A stretch of 64,000 nt of DNA from Cystobasidiomycetes sp. EMM_F5 (taxonomy: Eukaryota), in the NCBI GenBank assembly GCA_051047955.1, contig JBPGPT010000013.1:124001-188000 (forward strand). Reading direction: 5' to 3'. The position numbers and the translations under genes were made by a program. Positions 25,101-39,975 of the stretch are shown piece after piece. Under the pieces are notes generated by a model that saw only the letters and a program-made list of their open reading frames with translations, made no database searches and was not told the origin of the DNA. Positions within the stretch are counted from its first letter, which is position 1. Each line of letters opens with the position of its first letter.

Positions 25101-26200
25101 TAACCAGCAGGGCAATGTCGATCCAGGCTAAAATGAATAGCATAGAACCTGTTTAGCCAGATCTCGGAGAGTTCAATGACAAATGGTGACCTCACAGGCA
25201 TAGTCTGCTAGCACGCGTAGAGACATCTCCGCCAGCTCCACGGCTCTGGGACTAGTCAAGCTGGAGGACGGCTGGTCTATTCGCTGGAGGGCGAATGCGA
25301 GTAGACGGATGACATGGTCGGCAATACCTGCGGCGTCTTTTCCGCGAACAGCGTCTCTCAACTCCGTATCACGCAGCAGTCGCGCATGAGCTTTGTTCAA
25401 ACGCAGTGTCGTATCTGATATTTCTGTCGAAAGTTCGTGCAGTAGCCGTAGCATAAGATCTGCAGCTTTGGCATTGTATTGCTCGGTAGAGCTGTTGGTC
25501 GCGGGGAGTAGCTGAAAGAAGGACTGAAAGAAGTCTTGCGATGTGGACGTGTACGTTTGCATAAAGAGGAGAAATAGAGTGTGTACGACCTTGTTGCGCA
25601 AGTCTTTTCGAATGGACGGCGCAGTTCGACTTGGTCAGCCTGACTTTTCAGTGCGCAGAAAAGAAATAGAAAGCACGAACAGAGTAGCTGTCCTTCTGCA
25701 TTGCCAGTGGTATACTCCCGCTTGACATAGTCGACGAGACCGGCCTGTATTGCGACAACCTGGTCTTGCGACAGGGCGTCAAAGCTGCGGCCAAAACGGA
25801 CGCGGCAGCACATCCATCCACAATTTAGAATTCAACAGCGTTCGCCATCAGTGGGTTAGCCATCAAATCAGATTCCGCATCAACAAAAAAACACAGGTCA
25901 TCAGTTTAGGCACAATCTTTTGACGCATATTGACCGTAACCCAGCTCACCGGGGACCCAGGACATCGTCTACCACCTGCAGACCGTACATGCGAGCCTCT
26001 GGAGCAAACGAGTATCGCCAGCCGCCAGGCTCAGCTGGAGCAGCTTGGCCGGCCAAAAAGATTCCAAGACAGGCCTGCCAGGTCTGGGTGCAGCCATCCT
26101 TGACTTCAGACAGAAACTTGTAGGCCTCAGCCTGCAGCGATGGCTTGGACGGGTCATAGACGACGGCCGCTTGCACTGCGGCCGCAATCTGCTGCTCCAT
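22196..26200 (-). CDS. LOS1: Exportin-T (tRNA nuclear export receptor)
   Basis: MEQQIAAAV..QAEAYKFL, 'MRNKV...LF', 'WIDIAL', 'FLDDEYDDTS', 'LQLFECVSRY', 'FDSQLYLFEA', 'PVTGTDD' match the Xpo-t HEAT architecture across many exons. Confidence 0.9.
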
Positions 26201-26464
26201 TGGTCTGAATCAGAGCTGGCAGTGGGATTATCGAATTATCGAATGTCAAAGGTGTTTGAACCGACGATGAATACTGAGAAATGGCTGACTTCTGATTATT
26301 CTGACGTATACTGAAGCGCGATACTGATGTCGCTGACACGCAGGCAGTTCAGGCGGGCAGGCGTTGTTAGAGCTCAATTCGTTAATGTTCAACAGTCCAA
26401 CCAAAAAGCGGCTCTAAGCCAGTCTTCTGGATTTGTGCTGCTTGTCCATCTCTCAATACGCGCA

Positions 26465-28604
26465 ATGCGATCTCTATATGGCACCGCGGTCGTCCTGGCC
26501 TCGGCAACTCTTGCATTTCTACGGCCAACAGGAATCTATGGACCGCTCTCGAAGGCTCGGCTAGCGCTGAGCCTCGACACGGATCCCTTTCCTGCATCCG
26601 CCTACCATATCGCCCCCGGTGCGCAGTTATGGGACCCTGATACTGACAACACGGTCGACAAGGCTCGATGGGTGAACCCATTTCCCATGCCCCTCTGTAG
26701 TGGCATACACCTAGAAGAGGCTTCCATCGACGACTTGCAGGCATGGATGTCGAAAGGCCGTCTTACTGCACGAATGCTGGTTCAGTGCTATACATCCCGA
26801 ATCCGTCAGCTCAATAAATGGACTCGTGCGGTGCTCGAGCTCAATCCGGATGCCTTACGGATAGCCGACAAGTTGGACATCGAGAGATATACAGGCAAAC
26901 TGCGCGGACCCTTGCACGGCATCCCTTACCTTATAAAAGATAACATCGCAACCCGTGATTCGATGGAGACAACTGCCGGGTCGTATGCGCTACAAGGCTC
27001 ATCTGTACCACGAGACGCTCATCTCGTGTATCTGCTGAGACAGCAAGTAGGTCATCGTACATCATATTACATATCATTGCTAACAAACCGCAAAGGGGGC
27101 AATCTTGCTGGGAAAGACGAATCTGGACGAATGGGCGTGTATGCGAGCGAGTTTCCGCTGTCAGGGGTGTAAGTGGTCTGTAATTAATATACACATAGAT
27201 GTTCTTTGTTTGAAACCCTTCTTCAGATTCTGGACGAGGGGGCCAGACGTACAATGTCTACAATTTCTCGGAACATCCAGGAGGCTCATCGGGTGGTTCA
27301 GCTCAAGCTATCGCTGCGAATATGGCTGTTTTCTCCATTGGCACCGACACAGACGGTGAGTTGGAGTTAATCTTGGTCTTCGATCACATGGCTGATGTGG
27401 TAGAGGCTCGATACAGGCAGCGTGATCGTACCTGCAGCACGAGCTGCATTGGTTGGTATCAGGCCGACATTGGGACTCATCTCCCGAAGTGGCATCATCC
27501 CAGAGAGTAGTCACCAAGATACAGCCGGTGTTTTGGCAAGAAGTGTTCGGGATCTGGCAATTGTTCTTTCAGCTGTTGCCGGGAGTGATCCCACGGACGC
27601 GGCGACTTCAATTAATGTAAGGCATAATCATGCCAATTCACAATTCGACCTTCATCTAGTCAACAGATCGGCGCTGAAGGGGATGAAGCTTGGCCTGCCG
27701 TGGAAATCGCTGTGGAGTCAGAAACCCAACCGCGATACTTGGCATGTATTGCTTGATGTGCTCTCGCGCATCGAGGGCGCAGGCGCACTTCTGGTCAACG
27801 GCACCGAATTTCCTTCCGCCAAGCACACTCTGGCACAAAATGATTGGTCGTGGCAGCCCGAGTCATACGATAGATCTGTTCAGTTCCGGGTGGATGTAGA
27901 CTTTCATAAGTTAGTCTTCCCCCGATGCAAATGCGTTGAATGCTGAGCATTCTTGTCGGGTATACAGTGAGATACGAGACTACCTCTCAGAAGTCGAGGG
28001 CACTAATATCCGCAATATTTCCCACTTGATACGCTACAACGAAGATTACTCTGATGTTGAGGGCGGCATTCCCGACCATATTCCAGGCTTTGACGGCCAA
28101 GTTGGTCTGCTGAATTCAGAGAAAACGTAAGCTCAATGCAAGCATGCAGAAACATCAGTACTGAACATTTCTGGCAGTGGAGGTATCAAGGACGACAAGT
28201 ACTGGGCCAATGAAGCGCAGCTACCCATTTGGGCGAGAGATGAAGGAATTGACGCGGCCTTGACTTCTGGGAATGATAACCTGGATGCACTCATCGCACC
28301 TTACGCTGGCGGGACTGTAGGCTGGTGATCTTATATTATCACCCGTTTTTTCTAAAGGTCTATTACTGCCGTGCAGTGTACTTTGCCATCAATCGCAGGC
28401 TATCCAATTATCACCGTCCCTGCAGGCTACGACAGCGAGACGGACGTACCTATCGGTATTGCAGTAATGGGGAGTGCGTGGAATGAGCCGGAACTCATTC
28501 GCATCGCCAGTGCCATCGAAGATCTACTCCGTGCCCGCAGGACTCCTCAATTCTATCATTACTGGAACCGTAATGTCATTCCACCAGGCAAGGATTCTCG
28601 CTGA
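26465..28604 (+). CDS. Amidase signature family protein, probably secreted or anchored
   Basis: GPLHGIPYLIKDNI (catalytic Lys), GKTNLDEWA, PGGSSGGS, GTDTDGS (Ser-cisSer-Lys triad intact after splicing), AGYPIITVP; hydrophobic N-terminus. Confidence 0.92.
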
Positions 28605-29062
28605 GGAGAAAACATGAAGGGACTCTTGACACTTCGCTACAACAGGGTGGTACCGGTCTAAGCCAGCCTGATGTGGATATGAGGTGGAGGGACACTACTA
28701 ATAATGCCGGGCACTATAGATTGCCGTTGTCTATTCCAGATGAGCTGTAACTGCGTCGGAAATTGATCAAGTTGAGCGTTCTCATTATATGTCTGCGGGC
28801 GTATTGCCATATTGCCTATTTGCTTCCAGTCGGACAGATCCGACCTCTTGACCGCTCCAACACTCACTGCGCCCATTCAGGTTACACAAACCACTGTCTG
28901 ACTGTCGACGACGCCCAAGCAGCCTTCTCGGACACTCTCGGAGCCTCCAATACGACACCTGGATCCGATATTCTCGAATGGCTGCCATATAACGCTCGAG
29001 TCGACGTCGACGCTGCTCTACTCTTACCCATGCGCAGTCATAACATCCCAACAACCACTGAA

Positions 29063-31621
<2,559 letters not shown>

Positions 31622-31826
31622 TCAAGTTGAATGTCAGCAGCTGACTACCGCATCTCCGTTAGGTGACGAAACTTGTTCGTACGTAGGCAGAATTCAGCCG
31701 CGCACGGCGGATGATTGTATATATACAACTTAGGAGCAGTGTAGCGAGTATAAGAGATCGTGCAAGCTATGTTATGTCGACTCTTGATCATTGAACCAGG
31801 CCATCTGGCTTGTCCTTCCCACCAAC

Positions 31827-33445
31827 ATGCCGCCCCGCAAGAAGGCTGCGACGACCAAGCGCAAGGCTGAAGTCAAGGAGGAGGAGCCAGACAATGTCGC
31901 GAACAATGTCGCGGATAACATCGAGCCAGCTGCAGCGTCCAGCGATGTAAAAGCAGAAGAGCCGGACAGCCAGCCAGCAACAGGCAGACGGAGTGCAAGG
32001 AAAGCAGCGAGCACGACAGAGACGACGACAAGTACGAGTACCGTCAAGCCAGCTGCCAAAGGGCGCGCTGCGAGAGGCAAAGCAGCAGACAAAACGGCAG
32101 CAGCGATATCGTCGCAACCTGATGAACTCGAAGCCAGACCTGAAACGGAATCAATACACGCAGGACCAACGCCCGAGACTGCTAATGCGACTGCGACTAG
32201 CCAGGATCAGAAACCTGCGCCAGTCGAGGCGAGCGAGACCGACCAGCCTGCTGTAGCTCAACCGCAACCGATATCTGCAGACGATCCTTTCGAATCCACA
32301 TCGTACATGATTCCCGCAGCAGCTCCAGATATCGCTGGAGTCGTTGCGGAACGTGAGGACGAGGATCTAGCAGTCGATGACACCGAACCTCCGCCCATGG
32401 ACGACGAAGAGGTGCGACGTCTAAGGGAACGCCCAAACGAAGCTAGAGACACGCATACAGTGCCAGAGCCTTTGTCTGGCGCATCCAACATGGCTAGTCA
32501 GATGGAACAACACGGGCATCGTTTGAAGCAGGCCGTTGCCAGCAGCAACGCTGAACCAGTCGGGCAGGAAGTTGGAATAGCCGAAATTGCAACGCCGTCA
32601 TGGCTGGAAACTGCGCCCGAGCAGAGCATGTCTAAAGAGGAACGCGTGGCCAAAATGAACGCATTGCGGAAACGAATGGTGAGTGTAAATGTTGCGATTC
32701 GCAAAATCGAGCACTAGTGCTAATCATGTATCCCTCTCCCTGACTGCGGTAGAGCGAATCTGCTCAAGCGAATCGACGCGAAGTTGTAGCTGCACAGAAC
32801 GAGCATCGCAAGAATATTGCCGAATCAAAGCGTCTTGAGCGGAAGCGGAAACAGGCAGAAGCAATGGGAGAAAAGCTGGAGGCCATGGAAACTGGAGAAG
32901 ACTTGGAGCGCAAGCGGAATTGGGAGTACACACTCGAAGACAACGAAAGATGGAGCAAGAAGCAGGACCGCAAGAGTAGTCGGACAGACACCGGTTTTGC
33001 GTCATTCGATGACTCCGCTAGGCGGAAGTACAAACGCGACATGGACAACTTCAAGCCCGACCTCGCCGCATATCGAGCACAACGGGAAGCGGTCTATAGC
33101 GCATCCGACAATGCTGTTGCCGGGCCAAGCAATGGCCACGATGGCCAGTTGATACAGACCGGCGGACCTTCGCAGCTGCCAGGGGCAGATCAGCTGTATC
33201 GCGATGCCAACAGCTTTGTTTATGCAGACCATAAGCCATCCGATGAAGCTATCGATAGAGTCATTGGGCAGATCAATCAAGACATCGACAAGCGTGCCAA
33301 ACGCTCTCGTGTGCGCAACGAAGAGGACGGTGATGTCACATACATCAATGATCGCAACAAGGGTTTCAACAAGAAGCTCGAGCGGTACTATACCAAGTTC
33401 ACCGGCGAAATCACTGCGGCATTCGAGAGAGGTACTGCTTTATAG
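31827..33445 (+). CDS. SYF2: Pre-mRNA splicing factor Syf2 with long disordered N-terminal extension
   Basis: 'GEDLERKRNWEYTLED', 'DVTYINDRNKGFNKKLERYY', C-terminal 'ERGTAL'; one intron at about 32679-32751. Confidence 0.93.
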
Positions 33446-33583
33446 ACATTCCCATCGCTATTCGCGATCCCCTTGTGTACCAGAGACGCCTTCGCAGTAC
33501 TGCTTTTCGCCTCAAGACACTGTTCACTTCACTATGCTCTCCTTTACGCTTCTTTTGCTTTCGTCCATCGGCCTGAAACTACT

Positions 33584-35366
33584 CTATACTGATTTGACTA
33601 CCTGTATTGTCCCGTTCGGCCGAAGATCCGCCCATATTATTGTTTTCGTCCACCCGTCTTTAGTGGTGTGAGACTCGGCGGAAGATGTCGAGCATGATAG
33701 CACGGCAGGCCCTTTAACTGCCAATTCTCCTCTATACACACCTAACGCCGCTTGATCCTCGCTTGTGTTAATCAGCTTGCACTCCATTGTCGCGCTTGGA
33801 CCGCCTACGTGTGCCAGTGCAGCAGTGTCATCGGTGAAGCGCTGGAAATCGCGGTACAGTGTGTTTGCGATGGGACCAGCGACCAGCGGATGTGATAATG
33901 TGATTACTATAGGTACGCCTAGAACGACTCGGAGAAAGTCCAAGGCCTCTTGCGAAGGACAAGCACTCTCGTCTGTTGAGCAGATGATGCAACGAAGATT
34001 ACTGCCTACGACGTTGCTCCGCACAGCATTGTATATCAGGCTGTCCCAAATTGTCGTCCTGCTCACGTTGCCAGATCTGAGCAAACTCAACTTGGTCCGC
34101 CAAGCTAGTGAAGTCAGCAAAGCGGATCCAACTTGATTAAGCTGATTTTTGAGACCAGCCCGGATGGCATTGAGCTCGTTGGTCGTACTGAGCGAGGTTT
34201 CGAAGCTTAGAAGATGGTGTTGCGTAAATGTAAAGTCGAACGTACCAGAATATAACAGAAGAATCAAACATTCTCAGCTTCGACGTGATACCCCTTTGGG
34301 GACTGCATAAGCGCAGTGTGGCACCCGTCGCACCGGCTGCTAGTGCCACTGCATATCCGTAGGGAGTATTGGTAGACTCGAAGGAGAGAATGCGGTCTTC
34401 GGACGTGGGCTTGTCTGCGGTAGGGAATATGGATAGTATAGACACGACGCCGCCGTTGATGATGTTCTGCGAGGTATCTGCTCTCAGCTACTGTCATATT
34501 CCGCGAAGTGCGATTGATGTACCTTTGTAGATACGTCTATGATAGCATCCTTGCCCGCTACAGGCACAATCATCCTCGCAACTACCGCATTGACAACGGT
34601 CGGCTCTTGTTGTCCAGCTTCTTGCCTACCTTTTCCGAGTGCTTCGGCGATAATGGTCGTGAAATTCCAATCACTACCGACAATTTTTGATGGATCAATT
34701 TGAGGGGCCTTGGCAGTGGGATTGATGAGAATCAGCCTTTTGTTTGCGTTGCGATCGGCCTTGACAAGGCTTAGCGCGTCCTTGAGGTTTGCTAGATCTA
34801 GCGATGTAGCCGTGACCGGAGATTGGCCGTATGAACCAAGCGCGGATGCGGACGAGAGGTGAAGCGGAGCCACTTGATCAACGGAAGCGATAGCGAGGTC
34901 TGCTAGTAGTGCCTCGGACGGATCATCCAGTTTAATCGTCAATCTATCTCGTCCAGGTTGCAGGCCGCCTTGGACAAAGTGTTGGCGGAGACTCCAGACT
35001 GCGTCATCAAACTTTACCGCAACTGTCGCAGCTCCGACAAATATTCGCGTGCCTTTGCCTGTCCAGATGTCGGCTACGCTCTTGGTATCCTTGAGCAGCT
35101 GCTTTGCCAGGCCACCGAGGCCAGCTGTACTGGAAATGAAAGCGGGCGACTCGTTGGCCTTCCTGACCTGTAGCGCTCTCTGTATCAGCTCGATGCGCGG
35201 CGTCAACATGGCATAGTCTGCATACGCGGTTCAGCTCAGCTTGACGCCCAAGCAGCAAAGGATGGGTCGCAGGCTCGGGCTTTCTCAGAAGGACTAGGTG
35301 GACCCCAGCGAGGACGAGGACCGTCACTAACAGCACCAGGCTGAGGCTGTCGAATGCGAGTTCCAT
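33584..35366 (-). CDS. Degenerate acyl-CoA synthetase (ANL/AMP-binding)-like membrane-anchored protein
   Basis: N-terminal TM plus 'PEPATHPLLLGRQAE..RKANESPAF'; 'EDRILSF'; C-terminal 'GELAVKGPAV...DGWTKT...LRPNGTI'. No TSG(S/T)TGxPKG loop is visible. Confidence 0.6.
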
Positions 35367-35683
35367 GTTGGCTGTTACTGTCTATCGGCCAATTTGGTGA
35401 CGCTTCGGACGTCAATGGGCCTTTTAGTTGCAGCGCTGTTGCATGTATCGTCTTGGCTCATCTGCTAGCCATCGCTGTGCACGTATGCTCCATTATCGAC
35501 TGGACATTGTTTTCAGCAAGCATTTGGTCCCGAACCAAAGGCTGCTTGGCTGCCTGCCGATATGCTGATACTAACGACGACGCTGATGTGAACATCTGAT
35601 GCGCTCTGAGTTACTGACCGATTTGAAGCAGCGAAGAGCTGAGCTCCTCCGTGTAGCCTGGCGATTCACCATCTGATGCGTCA

Positions 35684-36987
35684 ATGATGGACGCGACACA
35701 GGTGATTGTGCAAAACGTACGCTGCAGGGGAAACCGCGCCCTGGGCTACGTTATCCCATGGCTCCTGGCAGCTTTTATTCTTTCAGGATGGCGATACTGC
35801 ACATTCACGCTCGGACCCTTACTGTACAGGCGCAACCCTATCACCGCTATCGCCTACTTGTCCACATTCAACTTCCTCATACTCCACCTCTTCCGTCTAT
35901 TCATGCACCTCACTTGGGCTCCAAAGAATCACTCCATCCCCTGGGAAGATATCCCAGACGAAATTGTGCGTCGAGCGATTCCCTATGAATGCATCAACAT
36001 CCAGGGGGATCTCCCGCAGTGTTGGCAGGATGATTGCAGAGGAAGACGCGTTTCTGCGCGTTCAAGGCATTGCAAGGACTGCAGGGTACACAGAGAGCTA
36101 TTTGATCACGTAAGTAAAGCGCTGCTTGTTAAGCAGTCAAGGCTAACCAATGATCCTGGATAATCTGCAACTCGTCACATACGCTGCTACTGACAGTGTT
36201 GTCCATGGTTTGGGACCTGCATAGCGCGAGACACGTTGAAACCTTTCATTCAATTTCTGGCCCTCGTCCCTGCTACAATCGCGCTCGGTTTGTACAAGGT
36301 CGCGCCAATAGCGATGTATCATTTCTCATTGGTCAAAGCACAGCAGTGGAGGTCGGAAGCAATGTATTATTGGTGGTGGAGCCGATGGATATCCTGGCTT
36401 GGTGGCCCGATATACCGCTACTTTGTAGCGACCGTTATATCCTATTGGCTTTATACACCAGATGAGGCCTTGCCGCTGGATATGTACCCGCCGCAAGTCT
36501 CTGGGGGTCCAATGGTGTATACGGTTTGTGGCGCGATTCTAGCCGTGATGGTCTGCATCCTGGAATACTACACTCTCCGGAATATGTTGAACGGCATCAC
36601 ATGGATCGAAGATCGGAGGCTCCGCTACATCAGCCCGGCGCAACCAGCGGGAGCCATGCAGCCTCAAACTGCCCCTATACAAACATCTCCGGGACAATCG
36701 GAGCGTCTTGTCTGGGTACCGGATCTGTCTCAGTCTGTAGACTCAACTGGCGTATACGCAGGATCGGTTTTACAAGTGCCGTATGATGCGAAGCTGTATA
36801 ATAGAGGAAGAGCGGAGAATTGGAGAAGCATCTTTGGAAGGACGTGGTTCGACTATATCGGCAGGTGCTTTCCAGCTTGCTGATGACTTGCCTTATGATT
36901 GACGCTGCTTTGCTAGATCTGCGTCCTCAGCGGATACATCTTGACCATAGTGTGTCGTTAGACGTCATCTCAAAACGCATTCAGTAG
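35684..36987 (+). CDS. DHHC-CRD palmitoyltransferase family protein (DHCC variant)
   Basis: Four TM segments. Cys-rich domain 'CWQDDC...RSRHCKDC...FDH|CCPWFGTCI' across intron 36110-36196; TTxE-like 'ITWIE' and PaCCT-like 'YNRGRAENWRSIFG'. The exact 3' end depends on donor choice. Confidence 0.85.
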
Positions 36988-37124
36988 TTTTGCATCGCAG
37001 TTGCATGCCGGCATGGCAGTAGCATAGCATTATTGTCTTCAGGTCTGTAATACTGCAACAATGTTCTCTGTATGTAGTGCGCATTTATTGAGTAAATCAT
37101 GGAATTGTGACCCAAAATGATGAG

Positions 37125-39775
37125 TCACCCTCCTCCCGGTGTAGGTTTGCGCTTCTTAGCAGCAGAAGAGGACGCATTCCGCTTGAGATCGCTTTCCCAT
37201 CTGTTTTGCGGTATCAGAAGAGGGTTAGTGCAGCTGTTCTACACTCACTCGACTGCGAGACGTACTTGAAGTAATTGCACCTGAATTCGGGATTGACTAG
37301 AGCTTTACTTTGGCCTTGATCGTAACCTGTAAAGTCAAGTTAAGCTAGTCAGAACAGAACATTTTCCTCGCGAAAGATACGCTTGCCCTCGCCGACTGGT
37401 CTTGCGCACAACCAGAATACACGACCCTTGTTAGGACCAGCTATCGAAGCGTTACTCAGTATACGATGAAGATGGAGAATGGCATGACATACACTTATTG
37501 ACTGTCCATTGTTTGCACGGTTCTTCATGCATAGTACAAAGCGGCGGCACTTTGGCGACAAAAATTGAAGACCAAGAGCTTGAAGACTGTGAGTTGTCTG
37601 CTAACGCTACGGCCTGCAATTGTTTGGTCAGCTCGTTAACTGTCAGCATGCTTAGACACCACACTTGCTTCTTGCATGTCAGCATCGTCGTATCCCGACT
37701 CTACCCTAACGAGACTTGCTTTCCTCTTGCCATTACGTCCTTGCAGACGGGACCCATTTGTGGCCTTATTTCGCAATTCATTCAGTGCAACATCAGCTTC
37801 TCCATCAGCTTCTCCATCATTGCCATCCAGGCTGGCTATATCGTCAACCTCGATCGGTTCTGCTTGAGTCGTGGGCGCTGAAACAGTGGCATCCGGAAGG
37901 GCAGATGTAGAAGCAATCGGCTCCTGCGCGTCTGCTGCCTGCTGATCATCGCTGGCCAATGACGCTTCGCGCACAGCTTTGCGCTTTGCCTTGCGGGGAG
38001 CAGAATCTGGAGCAGGAGTAGGAGGTTTGAAGAACGACGACAGCCGTTGCTGACCCTTCTTTACTTTCTTCTTTGTCAATTTGGCATTTGCATGTTCACC
38101 CTTTGTCGGAATTGTTTGGCCATTACCGTTGACTTCGTCTCCGGAATGTTCGCTCGTGAGGTCAATGGACGGTGACAATAATTGGGCTGGTGTCGAAGAC
38201 GCATTGTGACCAGCTGATGGGACAGATTCGTCGGTGACCGATGTACTTGATAAGTTATCAACACCGAGCGACACACGTTCACTGACCGCTACGCCTTGCG
38301 CAGTGGTGTTGAGTACACTCTCCACTGCGCCTAGTGCCACAGTCTCTGCACTGCTGCCCGCGTGCGGCGAAGAGACCCGCTCTGTAGGCGGCCGAACGGG
38401 AGCATTGGCTCCTTTGCCGAAAAAGTTGCTCAACTTTCGCTGCTCGGAGCTGAACTCGGGATAATTCTTTGCGGCCAACTTCGGCGGATCGGGTGCCGTG
38501 GCATTCGGATCCTTGTTTCTACCTGTAGGATTGATTTTATCCCATAGCAATAATGTTTCCCCGTTCTCGTTGACGATGGAGTCATGAAACTCGGCGACTA
38601 CGGGGCAATGGTCAGATCCAAGTATATGCGGCTGGATATCGCAAGTCTTGATCCAAGGAAGCAGACCTGGGGTGGCTAGTATATAATCGATACGCGTTCC
38701 GTAGTTTGTCTCTCTGAAGACGACTTCAGTTCGATATATCAATATCACGGTTATGGCTTGGAACGGCTTACCTTGCATTGATCCGAGTCTCCCAGTGGGT
38801 GAACATGCTTTTGCGATTGGGATAAAAATGCCGAGAGAGATCAATCATGGTGCCATTGGGTCCGACGAATTCGTTGAACCATTTTCGCGCAGGATGCAAC
38901 TCGTAGCCGCCGTACGGGCTCTCCGAAGATCTTCGCACAGGATCACAGTGGTCAATCGGTTGCGCGGCGATGTTCACGTCTCCCAACGCCAGGACATGCC
39001 TTCCCTGGCGAACCAAGCTCAAGACACGCGCCTCGAACATTGCGTTGAAAGCCAATTTGAAGTCGAGCCGTTCCTCGTTTGTCTCGTTTGGAAAGTAGCA
39101 ATTGATGAGAACGAAGAGTCCGAAATCTATCATGGTCGTCCGACCCTCGAGGTCGACAGTCTTGACATCGAGTATGTTTAGAACAATATTATCCGGACCC
39201 AGCTTGTCTCCAATGAACTCGTCTGCAGTCGGTTCTGGCCGCCTTTCGCGGGGCAGCAGACCTGATATGCCCTCTTCTGCTCTGACGGGCACGCAGGTAG
39301 CCTTCTTCGTAAAGACGCATGTCCCAGAATAGCCCTTTTCGGGCTTGCGAGCGTAAGACGAAAAGAAGGAATCGAAAGAGGGCAGTACTGCCATGCCCCT
39401 GTCAACCTGCTTCTTTGTGATTTTCGTTTCTGATTGAAGAGAGTGTAGAAACAATGAGCGTAAGTAGGGTTACGTGTTCGTTAGCTCGCTCGGGTGACCG
39501 ACCTTGAAAGCAAATGATGTCAGCACCCAGTTCGTTCAGTATGTTTTCGTACGTCTTCAAGGCGTTCCAGCTGTCGACCACACGCAATCAGACGAGCTCC
39601 AGACACGGGAAGCCATGCCAGTCAATACTGACGGCGCATATTGCAGGAGCGTCTTTATGCCATTCTGTGCGATGCGGCACGGTCAACATGGGTGTTTCCA
39701 GTCAATCGCGTCGTCGTTTCAGACAGTCCGCGTCAACTTGGCTCAACTTACGACGTTCCATGTCATGACCTTCAT
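37125..39775 (-). CDS. APN2: AP endonuclease 2 (ExoIII family + C-terminal GRF zinc finger)
   Basis: MKVMTWNV|NGI, DIICFQ|ETK, GYSG, EGR, NCYFPN, GDVN, NYGTRIDYIL, GSDHCP, PIP-like 'QQRLSSFF', zf-GRF 'CTMHEEP..GPNKGRVFWLCARP..CNYF'. Confidence 0.95.
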
Positions 39776-39975
39776 CCTGCAGGCAGCATGCGCATAGTCG
39801 GTGCGCTTGGTTGGCGCTCGTCAGGATTGTAATGAACGACTTGTCGAGACTCGAAAGGCGACGTTCAAATGCAAAACGAACAAGACTACCAGCTTTTCAG
39901 ACTTTGAATACGCTTTGACGGCAGGCAGTCATCTAAAGTACAATCTGCGTAAAGTCGCGTAAAGTCCGCAAGTCT

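Noticed and set aside
25848..25905. Box C/D snoRNA-like motifs (TGATGA...CTGA) in LOS1 intron 1
   Set aside because: The span is only about 55 nt, overlaps the likely branch point, and I could not identify a 10+ nt rRNA-complementary guide.
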